Shown here: positions 56,646-64,000 of the stretch, in pieces
How the letters are laid out: every line of letters begins with the position of its first letter
Position numbering within the stretch: the first letter of the stretch is position 1
Source of the DNA: an uncultured virus (IMG/VR IMGVR_UViG_3300008108_000113)
Lineage: Duplodnaviria > Heunggongvirae > Uroviricota > Caudoviricetes
Virus record (IMG/VR): IMGVR_UViG_3300008108_000113
Length of the DNA: 64,000 nt
Reading direction: 5' to 3' (one strand)
Made by a program: the position numbers and the translations under genes
Notes under the pieces: model-generated
What the model was told of the DNA's origin: nothing
What the model saw: only the letters and a program-made list of their open reading frames with translations
Database searches by the model: none

Positions 56646-59090
56646 TTGAGCAGAAAGTTTAGATTACTACTTGTCAGCCTACTTTCATTTGGCTGGCTTC
56701 TTGCAATTCCAGCCGCAAATGCTGTGCAGGGATTAAATTTAGAAGCATACGATTGTGGATGGTACTATAATCAATCTCCCCCAGAGGGATGTAACACAAC
56801 GGGACAATCTCTTGGAGTTGTTCCTTATATAGATTTTAATGATGGAAGTAGCGGCCCATTAGGAGTTTCAGAAGACTATCAATATCATTGGTCTGGATAT
56901 TTACAACAAACAAATGGCTTAACTGTACAATTTAGAGCATGCTCTGATGATGGCATGAGACTATACATTAATGGACAGCTAATCGTAAACAACTGGTTTG
57001 ATAGAGGCGGACAGTGTGGCTTGCCAGTTTCATATGCCATGACAAATAATGATTGGGTTCCAATAGACGTATGGTTTTATGAAAATGGCGGAGGATCAAA
57101 TGGTAGTCTTCAATGGAATATTGGAGATGGTTGGGTAGTAGTCCCATCATCTGTATTTAGCACAACTCAGGTTGCACCTGTAGTAAAAACAATAGGTGCC
57201 CCAAGAAATTTAACAATTAGCAGTGGAGAAACATCAACAGTGTTAAGTTGGGAGCCTCCAAATACTGGAAATACTCAGCCAGAAAGATATGCGATTAGTT
57301 TTAATTGTACTGGTTGCAATGGCTGGGGAATTGCTACTGGAAATGTTGGCGGACCAAATTCCTTAAATACAACAATTACAATTGATAATTCCTTGCTAAA
57401 TGGACTTATGCCAGCAGGAACTATATGGTCATTTCATATCAGATCTGACAATGATACATTCTCTCTTTACTCTGAAAATTCAAATGTTGTTACTGGTTCT
57501 ACATATGTAGCACCTGCTCCAGAACCTTATGTTGCAGCACCTTTACCATTTAATTATACCTATAGAGTAGACGAAAATGGATCGTTTAGCATCAATGCTC
57601 CATCTGGGAAAATGATAGAAACAATTACAGCATGGTATGGTGATCCTAATGATGGAAATTACGGAGCACTTGTGACAGATACCCTAACAGCCTCACATAG
57701 TGGAGAAACAACAACCGTAATTTATGCAAACAACGATGTGTTTGGAGATCCAGTTCCAGGAGTAGGAAAAATTTTAATTGCCAATGTAACGTTTATTGAT
57801 CTGCCTGGACCAACACCAGAAGAAATAGCTGCTCAGCAAGAAGCGGAGTCTGAAACAGTCAGACAAAATCAAGCTAGTGCTGCTGTATTAATTTATGAGA
57901 CGGCAACAATGACAAGTCTATCTGATTATAATCCAATAACTGGATTAAAGGATGCAGCACAATCATTAGTAGACTTAGTTAGAAATTTAGCTGCTAAGGC
58001 TGGATTTCAATCTAGAATTGATTATAAATCCGCATCTATAAATGATACTAAAGTCAGGCTTGAGGCAGAACAGGCAGCCATTGTTGCTGAAGCAGCAAGA
58101 CTTGAACAGGAACGTTTAGCTGCAATTGCAGCAGCACAGGCTGCTGCAGAAGCACAGGCTAGAGCAGAGGCACAGGCTGCTGCAGAAGCTAAGGCTAAAG
58201 CAGAACAAGAAGCCAAAGAAAAAGCAGAAGCAGAGGCCAAAGCTGAAGAAGAGCGGCTAAAAGCAGAAGCAGAGGCCAAAGCAGAAGAAGAAAGATTAAA
58301 GGCAGAACAAGAGGCTAAGGAAAAAGCAGAAGCTGAAGAGAAGGCTAAAATAGAGGCTGAAGAAAAAGCAAAGGCAGAACAAGAAGCAAAAGAAAGGGCC
58401 GAAGCAGAAGCTAAAGCGGAAGAAGAAAGATTAAAGGCTGAAGCAGAAGCAGAGGCCAAGGCGGAAGAAGAGGCAAAGGCTAAAGCTGAAGAGGATCGTA
58501 TAAAGGCTGAAGAAGAAGCAAAGCTATTAGAAGAAAAAGAAAAGGCTGCTGCTGAAGAAAAAGCAAAAGAAGAAGAACTAAATCAGGCTGAAGAAGATGC
58601 AAAAGATGGTAAAGAATTAACTGAAGAGCAAAAGGAAGTCGTAGTTGAGGCATTATTAGAAAACCTTAAGCCTGGTGAAGCTGTTACAGCAGCAGCAATT
58701 GCTGCATCTGGAATTTCTTATTCAGATCTTCCGCCAGAAACACCAGTTGAATTAAGAACAGATATAAATGGAAATGAAGTTGTTATAACTGCAGAAGTTG
58801 CAGCGCAGGTTGAATTAATAACAGACCCAGGCGCATTTGCTCAAGAATTATTTAGCGACCCAGTAGCTGCTCTTGCTGCCCTTGGAAGTATTGGCGCTGA
58901 TATGTCAGATGAAGAAAGAAAAGAATCAACAGAGGCTGTCGTGGCTACGGTTATTGCAGCAGGTGCTGCCATAAACGCTGTAGGGGCTGCCACAGCTGGC
59001 GGAGCACCATCAGGAGGATCAACTGGTGGAGGAAATTCTGGAGGGTCTGGAAACGGCTCTACGGGGTCGAGGAGGAACGGAAAATGGTAA
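56646..59090 (+). CDS. Secreted/membrane-anchored protein: PA14 + FN3 + lectin-like + Ala/Glu/Lys coil
   Basis: Signal peptide (MSRKFR-LLLV..AxA), SDDGMRLYING..WFD and YENGGG (PA14), FGDPVPGVGK, EAKA repeats, hydrophobic VVATVIAAGAAINAV. Confidence 0.78.
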   Translation: MSRKFRLLLVSLLSFGWLLAIPAANAVQGLNLEAYDCGWYYNQSPPEGCNTTGQSLGVVPYIDFNDGSSGPLGVSEDYQYHWSGYLQQTNGLTVQFRACSDDGMRLYINGQLIVNNWFDRGGQCGLPVSYAMTNNDWVPIDVWFYENGGGSNGSLQWNIGDGWVVVPSSVFSTTQVAPVVKTIGAPRNLTISSGETSTVLSWEPPNTGNTQPERYAISFNCTGCNGWGIATGNVGGPNSLNTTITIDNSLLNGLMPAGTIWSFHIRSDNDTFSLYSENSNVVTGSTYVAPAPEPYVAAPLPFNYTYRVDENGSFSINAPSGKMIETITAWYGDPNDGNYGALVTDTLTASHSGETTTVIYANNDVFGDPVPGVGKILIANVTFIDLPGPTPEEIAAQQEAESETVRQNQASAAVLIYETATMTSLSDYNPITGLKDAAQSLVDLVRNLAAKAGFQSRIDYKSASINDTKVRLEAEQAAIVAEAARLEQERLAAIAAAQAAAEAQARAEAQAAAEAKAKAEQEAKEKAEAEAKAEEERLKAEAEAKAEEERLKAEQEAKEKAEAEEKAKIEAEEKAKAEQEAKERAEAEAKAEEERLKAEAEAEAKAEEEAKAKAEEDRIKAEEEAKLLEEKEKAAAEEKAKEEELNQAEEDAKDGKELTEEQKEVVVEALLENLKPGEAVTAAAIAASGISYSDLPPETPVELRTDINGNEVVITAEVAAQVELITDPGAFAQELFSDPVAALAALGSIGADMSDEERKESTEAVVATVIAAGAAINAVGAATAGGAPSGGSTGGGNSGGSGNGSTGSRRNGKW
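58130..58580 (+). repeat. Low-complexity (EAKAEEE/EQEAKEKA)n coding repeat
   Basis: Recurrent GCAGAAGCAGAGGCCAAAGC units inside the PA14 protein. Confidence 0.75.
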
Positions 59091-59254
59091 AGATACTAAA
59101 AGATATGGTTGACCAGCTATGGACCCTGCTTGGCATGTTTATTGCTTGGGTTGTTTTGGACGGAAGTGCAAAAACAATAGTTGGCTATGCAATAATATGT
59201 ACACTCATTGCATGGGTAATTACATACCCATTGCGTAATAGAGAGGAGGACTAA
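59084..59254 (+). CDS. Small two-TM membrane protein (56 aa, not in ORF track)
   Basis: SD AGGAGG; MVKILKDMVDQLWTLLGMFIAWVVLDGSAKTIVGYAIICTLIAWVITYPLR. Confidence 0.7.
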   Translation: MVKILKDMVDQLWTLLGMFIAWVVLDGSAKTIVGYAIICTLIAWVITYPLRNREED

Positions 59255-59256
59255 CT

Positions 59257-59568
59257 ATGGAAAGCGTAAAAAATATTAAAAATATAATAATGCGTATAGT
59301 AGCAGTCTTCGCCGCAAATGGCTTGGCTGTTATTGGAGCAGGAGCAATTGCTGGTATTTCTACGGCTAAGGCTATAACTGTGGCAGGACTCACAGCCGTT
59401 GCAGCCGTAATTGAAAAGCTGGCTCGTGCATTTATGGATGACGGAAAGCTTACAGCAGATGAAATTAATTCTGCATTTTCTACCGTTGATAAAGGTGCAA
59501 AAACTGTTGCCGATGTAGAAGTAGAGGAAAGACGAGCTTCTCAAAAAGCTAAAGCCAATAAGGGCTAA
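59257..59568 (+). CDS. Membrane protein, possible holin
   Basis: Two hydrophobic segments, then DDGKLT.DEI..AF and a charged tail; SD GGAGG. Confidence 0.6.
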   Translation: MESVKNIKNIIMRIVAVFAANGLAVIGAGAIAGISTAKAITVAGLTAVAAVIEKLARAFMDDGKLTADEINSAFSTVDKGAKTVADVEVEERRASQKAKANKG

Positions 59569-59586
59569 AAATGGTATACTAGTAAC

Positions 59587-59730
59587 ATGAATATTTACAA
59601 GGTGTCCTTGGAGGTAGAGGTAGAAGTCGAAGCCTTTACCTCTGAGGACGCTTCTGAATATATATATGATATTTTTAATGTAGATGATGAGATTAAAAAG
59701 GTTAATATAGTTAGTATTAAGGAGAAGTAA
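59587..59730 (+). CDS. Small acidic hypothetical protein (47 aa, not in ORF track)
   Basis: ATG 6 nt after TGGTATACT; MNIYKVSLEVEVEVEAFTSEDA... Confidence 0.6.
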   Translation: MNIYKVSLEVEVEVEAFTSEDASEYIYDIFNVDDEIKKVNIVSIKEK

Positions 59731-59731
59731 G

Positions 59732-60604
59732 ATGGCAAAAGAAGGATACAAGCCAACTGCAGGAATGCAGTCTGCTGCTCGTAGAGCAATTAAACTAAAA
59801 GAGCAGGGCAAGGCCAAAGGTGCGGGAACCGCTGTAGGGTGGACTCGTGCAGGACAATTGGCTAGAGGTGAGACACTTAGTCTTTCAACAGTAAAGCGGA
59901 TGTATTCTTATTTTTCCCGTCATGAAGTAGATAAAAAGGGTAAGGACTGGGATAATTCAGAAAGTCCTTCAAATGGAAAGATTATGTGGTTAGCATGGGG
60001 CGGAGACGCAGGTTTCTCTTGGTCTCGTAAAATAGTAGAGAGAGAGAAAAATATGAAGAAATCAATTACAACAAATGAGTTGGTAGAAGAGATTAAAGAT
60101 ATATTAGATGATGTAGTTAATCCAGTAGATACAGTAGTAGAAATTGCAGATGACGAGGAAGTTACAAAAGCCTTGCGCTCTGAAATTACAAAAGAGCAGC
60201 TTGGTATGGTTATAGAACACCTTATGGAAGCAATTGAATCGATGATTGAAGTTCCAGAAGAAGAGGAAGAAGACTCAGAATCAGAGTCAGAAGATATTGA
60301 AGTTGAAAATGGAAATCCTGCTCCAATTGGAGATCCAGAAAAAAATGATGTTAATTGGCCAGTAACAAAAGTAGATGGCCAAACTGATATAGAGACTGAA
60401 AATGAAACCTATAAATCAGATAATCAGGACGAAGATAAATGGGATAATGAAATGCAGAAATGCTGGTCTGGATATACTCAACGTGGTATGAAAGAAAAGG
60501 GTGGCAGAATGGTTCCAAATTGTGTCCCAGTAGAAAAAGCAGAAGATTTATCTGAAGCGGATCAGGTTAAAAAATCATTTTGGGGTAAAGTATTTATAAA
60601 ATAA
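59732..60604 (+). CDS. Putative internal head protein
   Basis: N-terminal domain (RA.QL..G..LS..TVKRMYSYFSRH...W..WGGDAG..W), CWSGY..RGMK.K.G..VPNCVP motif, C-terminal KKSFW..VF. Confidence 0.55.
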   Translation: MAKEGYKPTAGMQSAARRAIKLKEQGKAKGAGTAVGWTRAGQLARGETLSLSTVKRMYSYFSRHEVDKKGKDWDNSESPSNGKIMWLAWGGDAGFSWSRKIVEREKNMKKSITTNELVEEIKDILDDVVNPVDTVVEIADDEEVTKALRSEITKEQLGMVIEHLMEAIESMIEVPEEEEEDSESESEDIEVENGNPAPIGDPEKNDVNWPVTKVDGQTDIETENETYKSDNQDEDKWDNEMQKCWSGYTQRGMKEKGGRMVPNCVPVEKAEDLSEADQVKKSFWGKVFIK

Positions 60605-60608
60605 TCCA

Positions 60609-60638
60609 TTGACAGAGCCGCAACTCTTGCTGTATAAT
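60609..60638 (+). promoter_or_regulatory. Promoter for tRNA-Asn operon
   Basis: TTGACA-N18-TATAAT. Confidence 0.7.
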
Positions 60639-60664
60639 ATATATAGTTGTTGCGGTTTTGTTAT

Positions 60665-60737
60665 TGGTCCATAGCTCAGTTGGTAGAGCGCCGAACTGTT
60701 AATTCGGATGTCCCAGGATCGAGGCCTGGTGGATCAG
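60665..60737 (+). tRNA. tRNA-Asn(GTT), atypical T loop
   Basis: Acceptor TGGTCCA/TGGATCA, discriminator G, anticodon arm CCGAA-CTGTTAA-TTCGG, T arm CCAGG-ATCGAGG-CCTGG. Confidence 0.85.
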
Positions 60738-60773
60738 CTAAGAATCTAGGCGGACTTACTAGATAGGGAAAAA

Positions 60774-61007
60774 ATGCTTAACCTTACACTAAAGGGTGTA
60801 GAAGTTTTTATGAATAGATCAAAGACCAAAAGTCAGGAATCATTTTGGGATAATTACGATCTTATAATATGGAAAAAAGATAGCGGCGGATATACTAACA
60901 TCAAGGGGATGTTTAGAAAAAATTCATGGGGTACAGCAGAAACAATTTCTGTTGATGATCATGGGATATGGAAGCTGCCTTTAAAATATGTCAAGCATTT
61001 TAAATGA
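60774..61007 (+). CDS. Hypothetical protein
   Basis: Trp-rich 77-aa ORF after the tRNA. Confidence 0.65.
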   Translation: MLNLTLKGVEVFMNRSKTKSQESFWDNYDLIIWKKDSGGYTNIKGMFRKNSWGTAETISVDDHGIWKLPLKYVKHFK

Positions 61008-61287
61008 TTTAGGTATAGACAAAGAGGATTTTGACTGGTTTGATTTTGCGATATGCAAAGGAATGGACACTAACCTATTCTTTGATCAATACGAAACAGA
61101 TATAAATATAGCACAAAATATTGATCAAGCATGCATATCCTGCCCAGTAAAAAAGAATTGCTTGTTAGCAGGGCAGACAAATAATGAGTACGGTGTTTGG
61201 GGAGGAATATATTTATCAGCAGGATCTATTGATACAAATAAAAATATTCATAAGACACCAGATGTCTGGAAAAGGCTAAAAAAATGA
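60988..61287 (+). CDS. whiB: WhiB-family Fe-S transcription factor
   Basis: W...AIC...D..LFF...CISCPV...C....GVWGG. Confidence 0.9.
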   Translation: MSSILNDLGIDKEDFDWFDFAICKGMDTNLFFDQYETDINIAQNIDQACISCPVKKNCLLAGQTNNEYGVWGGIYLSAGSIDTNKNIHKTPDVWKRLKK

Positions 61288-61604
61288 CTTTTATAGATAG
61301 AAGTAAGAATCACTTTAAGTTCGGGGTAAATGAATGGACTGGTGATCCAAACAAGCCAGTATTTTATACAGATGAGATGCGTAAAAAGGTAAGAGAGATA
61401 CCAAAGCCTACATATGATTTGCTTATGGATATTGTTATGTATCCAGAATTTTTAGCAATCAGACTTTACGAGGATAACTTTTTACAGTTTAGTGGTAATA
61501 AAAAAGAAATGGTAATTGATTACGTTTCAAAAGTTAAAAATCTAATAGAATCTTACGGAGTAAGATGTGAATTGGAAGGTGCCCCAAGTGATAGAGTATT
61601 ATGA
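61284..61604 (+). CDS. Hypothetical protein
   Basis: ATGA-coupled ORF. Confidence 0.65.
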   Translation: MTFIDRSKNHFKFGVNEWTGDPNKPVFYTDEMRKKVREIPKPTYDLLMDIVMYPEFLAIRLYEDNFLQFSGNKKEMVIDYVSKVKNLIESYGVRCELEGAPSDRVL

Positions 61605-61785
61605 TAGAGTCCCGATAGCATATATTTTTGATGAAAAAACTACAGGCACCGTAGAGACTCTTGGTGCATATGTGTCAATTATTAAGTATATAAAAGATGG
61701 AATAGAAACAACAGAAAGCATAAACAATGAAGATTTTGTCATTATAGATGAAATCGTATTTCAACACTCTGAGGAAGAAAACTAA
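61588..61785 (+). CDS. Hypothetical protein
   Basis: Probable GTG start after GGAAGG; coupled to the next gene. Confidence 0.55.
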   Translation: MIEYYDRVPIAYIFDEKTTGTVETLGAYVSIIKYIKDGIETTESINNEDFVIIDEIVFQHSEEEN

Positions 61786-62021
61786 TGGAAAAAATATTAT
61801 GTTACTCATGCAATAAGACAAAAAATCAGTTGCATGTCAGGAGATCATCTCTTCTCCCAATAAATTTACTAATGTGCGAGACATGCATATCCTCTAAGTT
61901 TGAGCCTAGATGGGTCGTTATTTTGGCAGGAAGACAGAATGGTTCTGAAATCGTAAGAGACTTTGTATTGAAGAAAAGATACATTGGAAATGATATTTCA
62001 GCATCAGAACTATTAGTTTAA
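61785..62021 (+). CDS. Small zinc-finger protein
   Basis: CYSC...CETC. Confidence 0.65.
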   Translation: MEKILCYSCNKTKNQLHVRRSSLLPINLLMCETCISSKFEPRWVVILAGRQNGSEIVRDFVLKKRYIGNDISASELLV

Positions 62022-62052
62022 TTATATATATACTGGTATAATATTACCTATA

Positions 62053-62358
62053 ATGGTAATTGATGCTAACTCTATAATTATTGCTATTCTTGCCTCTATA
62101 CTAAGTGGGGCTGGAACTGCTTTAATTGCGATAATTAATGAAAATAAAAAAGAAAAGGTTCGTCAGTACGAAAAAGCTCAGGATGAGCTTAAAATGGACT
62201 TGAAAGACCTTCAAATTAAATTGTATAAATTAGAAAAAGATCTTTCTGAATGGAAGGATAAATATTATTCCACTATACAAGAGCTGATATCAGTTCGTGC
62301 TGAATTAGAAGAGACCCTAATTAAATTATCTTTAATTCATTTAGAAAATGAGGGCTAG
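62053..62358 (+). CDS. N-terminal TM + coiled-coil protein
   Basis: IIIAILASILSGAGTALIAII followed by a heptad-rich region. Confidence 0.7.
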   Translation: MVIDANSIIIAILASILSGAGTALIAIINENKKEKVRQYEKAQDELKMDLKDLQIKLYKLEKDLSEWKDKYYSTIQELISVRAELEETLIKLSLIHLENEG

Positions 62359-62390
62359 CACTACGAATTTAAAAATAGTATACTAGTATT

Positions 62391-62945
62391 ATGACCTGCA
62401 TAGTTGCTATTGCTCAAAATGGGACCGTTTATATGGGATCCGACCATGCCGCATCAGATGATAAAACTGGGTGGATCCTGTCCAGAAGAGAGCCAAAAGT
62501 TTTTAAGGTTGGGCAGTATGGTGTAGCTTTTACAGATAGCTTCAGAATGGGTCAGATATTGCAATATAATTGGAACCCTCCAAAATATACCCCTACTAAA
62601 ACTAATTCAGGATTAGATAAGTTTATGCGTACAAAATTTATTGATTCAGTAAAACAAGCATTTAAAGACAATGGTTATGGAACAATTGGTGGGTCAGAAG
62701 AAGACTCAGGTGGAATATTTATAATTGGTGTAGAGGGAAGAATCTTTACTATAGATGAAGACTTTCATGTCGGAGAAAACATAGTTAATTATATGGCAGA
62801 GGGTAGCGGAGCGTTCTTTGCCCTAGGCGCATTGCATGCGACAAAAAATCAAAAGAACCCTAAGATGAGGCTAAAGGCAGCATTAGAAGCATCTGCAGAA
62901 TTTTCAATGAGCGTATCTCCCCCATTTACATACATTCAAGTTTAA
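62391..62945 (+). CDS. Ntn-hydrolase, HslV/proteasome-beta-like peptidase
   Basis: M-T-C-I-V (Thr1 after Met removal), GSD, KVF, GSG..FALGAL, A....SVSPPF. Confidence 0.75.
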   Translation: MTCIVAIAQNGTVYMGSDHAASDDKTGWILSRREPKVFKVGQYGVAFTDSFRMGQILQYNWNPPKYTPTKTNSGLDKFMRTKFIDSVKQAFKDNGYGTIGGSEEDSGGIFIIGVEGRIFTIDEDFHVGENIVNYMAEGSGAFFALGALHATKNQKNPKMRLKAALEASAEFSMSVSPPFTYIQV

Positions 62946-62960
62946 GGTATAATGGTAGTT

Positions 62961-63287
62961 ATGAAACTATTTAAAATATTAGCTAGTCTCTCTACAGTAT
63001 ATGCAGGGTTTCGTTTTGTGCAAAGTATTTTAAGTAAGTACGCTGTCGGAATATATTATGTAGACAAAGAAGAAGAAAAGAAGATAGAGGAAGACAATTC
63101 TGGAATTCCAAAAAATGCAATGGATCTTCGTGGAACACCAACCCACCAGTGCATTTGCGGAAATGAAGTTTGGAATCTTCAAGTACTCTTTAGCGATTAT
63201 GAAATTGCTACATATTATTTAGACATGCATTGTGTCCAGTGTGGCAGTGTAGCAACTGCTCCAACCCCAGTAGATAGAGAAGTATAA
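62961..63287 (+). CDS. Membrane-anchored zinc-ribbon protein
   Basis: Hydrophobic N-terminus; DLRG.PTHQCICG...CVQCG. Confidence 0.6.
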   Translation: MKLFKILASLSTVYAGFRFVQSILSKYAVGIYYVDKEEEKKIEEDNSGIPKNAMDLRGTPTHQCICGNEVWNLQVLFSDYEIATYYLDMHCVQCGSVATAPTPVDREV

Positions 63288-63288
63288 A

Positions 63289-63450
63289 ATGAGAAAATCA
63301 GAAAGAATCAGACAGTTAGAGCTTGAAATGGTAAGAATTCAATTTCATCTTGAGGTAATTACTTCAGCCCTAACATCTTTTATGGAGCAAAACCAGATGT
63401 CAATCCCAGACCTAGATTCTGGTAAATGGTACGACAAAAAGGCAAAGTAA
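63289..63450 (+). CDS. Small hypothetical protein (53 aa, not in ORF track)
   Basis: MRKSERIRQLELEMVRIQFHLE...; fills the gap between coupled genes. Confidence 0.55.
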   Translation: MRKSERIRQLELEMVRIQFHLEVITSALTSFMEQNQMSIPDLDSGKWYDKKAK

Positions 63451-63452
63451 GT

Positions 63453-63659
63453 ATGGCTAATATGACAGTGCTTGAAGGCATCATAGAAGATGTTTCAACA
63501 GAGCTGTACCAAAAACTTTGGAATGCTATTCCAATAGAAGAGCAGACGGAAGATTCTTCACGAGCAATAGGATTAAACTCCAGAGAAACTACCATATTTG
63601 TTATTCAATCTTTTATGAATAAGTTTAATGCTGCTGCAGAGGAACTAAAAGATAAATGA
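63453..63659 (+). CDS. Hypothetical protein
   Basis: Track ORF 63426; ATG 63453 follows the previous stop. Confidence 0.6.
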   Translation: MANMTVLEGIIEDVSTELYQKLWNAIPIEEQTEDSSRAIGLNSRETTIFVIQSFMNKFNAAAEELKDK

Positions 63660-63961
63660 TTGATTTGACAGACTTAAGCTTTGATGAGGAAATAAATTCT
63701 TCTAAGAAGTGCCTAGTATATTTTTGGGCTGACTGGTGTGTTCCATGCAAAAGGCTATCACCAATAATGCAGGAGATAGAGTCAGAGTATGATATTAGTG
63801 TATTTAAAGTTAATTCTGATGAAAATCCTATCAAAGTTTCTCAATTCTCAGTATTCTCAGTACCAACTGTGGTATTATTTAAAGATGGTGAACCAATTAA
63901 GACCATAATAGGCGCTATGCCTAAACATTTAGTCGTAAAGGAATTTAGTCAATGGATTTAA
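63656..63961 (+). CDS. trxA: Thioredoxin
   Basis: VYFWADWCVPCK...KVNSD...SVPT...FKDG...GA.PK. Confidence 0.9.
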   Translation: MIDLTDLSFDEEINSSKKCLVYFWADWCVPCKRLSPIMQEIESEYDISVFKVNSDENPIKVSQFSVFSVPTVVLFKDGEPIKTIIGAMPKHLVVKEFSQWI

Positions 63962-64000
63962 ATTATTCGGATTGGATGAAAATTGGACAAGAAAATGGTT

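Noticed and set aside
58130..58580. Repeats as a CRISPR array or non-coding repeat
   Set aside because: They are in-frame, degenerate at third positions and encode an Ala/Glu/Lys helix.
60611..60661. Inverted repeat ACAGAGCCGCAAC...GTTGCGGTTTTGT overlapping the tRNA-Asn promoter
   Set aside because: It could be a terminator or operator, but it has a long loop, occurs once, and no second copy was found to define a motif.
1021..63834. All minus-strand ORFs in the track, e.g. 15568..16065, 27317..27736, 58022..58459
   Set aside because: Each lies antisense to a well-supported + strand gene, has no recognisable motif, and reflects codon bias or low-complexity shadows.
1..64000. Alternative genetic code or stop-codon reassignment
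   Set aside because: Genes tile densely under code 11, and TAA, TAG and TGA all end full-length conserved proteins; no suppressor tRNA was seen.

Overview
This is a 64-kb segment of a large, AT-rich (roughly mid-30s % GC, judged by eye) tailed dsDNA phage, probably a long-tailed siphovirus. WhiB, an actinobacterial-type short-arm tRNA-Leu(UAA), DnaE-type replication and many leaderless genes point to an actinobacterial host; this is an inference. All credible genes are on the + strand. Order: head module (portal, protease/scaffold, capsid), neck and tail module (-1 frameshifted chaperone, 3272-aa tape measure, Dit-like and fibre proteins), replication and recombination (DnaB, DnaG, SSB, DnaE, MazG-like, RecA, Cas4-like, two resolvases), a sugar/nucleotide-modification cassette, terminase, then an accessory region with 4 tRNAs, CHAP endolysin, Hsp20, a PA14 surface protein, WhiB, an Ntn protease and thioredoxin. 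Main observations: (1) the tape measure looks like a polyprotein, with about 15 copies of a [F/Y/L/M]-x-x-G-G motif flanking cargo domains, including an R-S-ExE ADP-ribosyltransferase, an ART-PolyVal-like domain and a possible His-Me nuclease; (2) a Ser-Pro-Pro-rich fibre tail lies directly upstream of a prolyl-4-hydroxylase-like gene; (3) a ROSE-like RNA thermometer precedes hsp20; (4) the Dit-like protein carries repeats nested inside each other; (5) recA and hsp20 have apparent internal deletions. All product calls come from reading motifs by eye; no database search was run.
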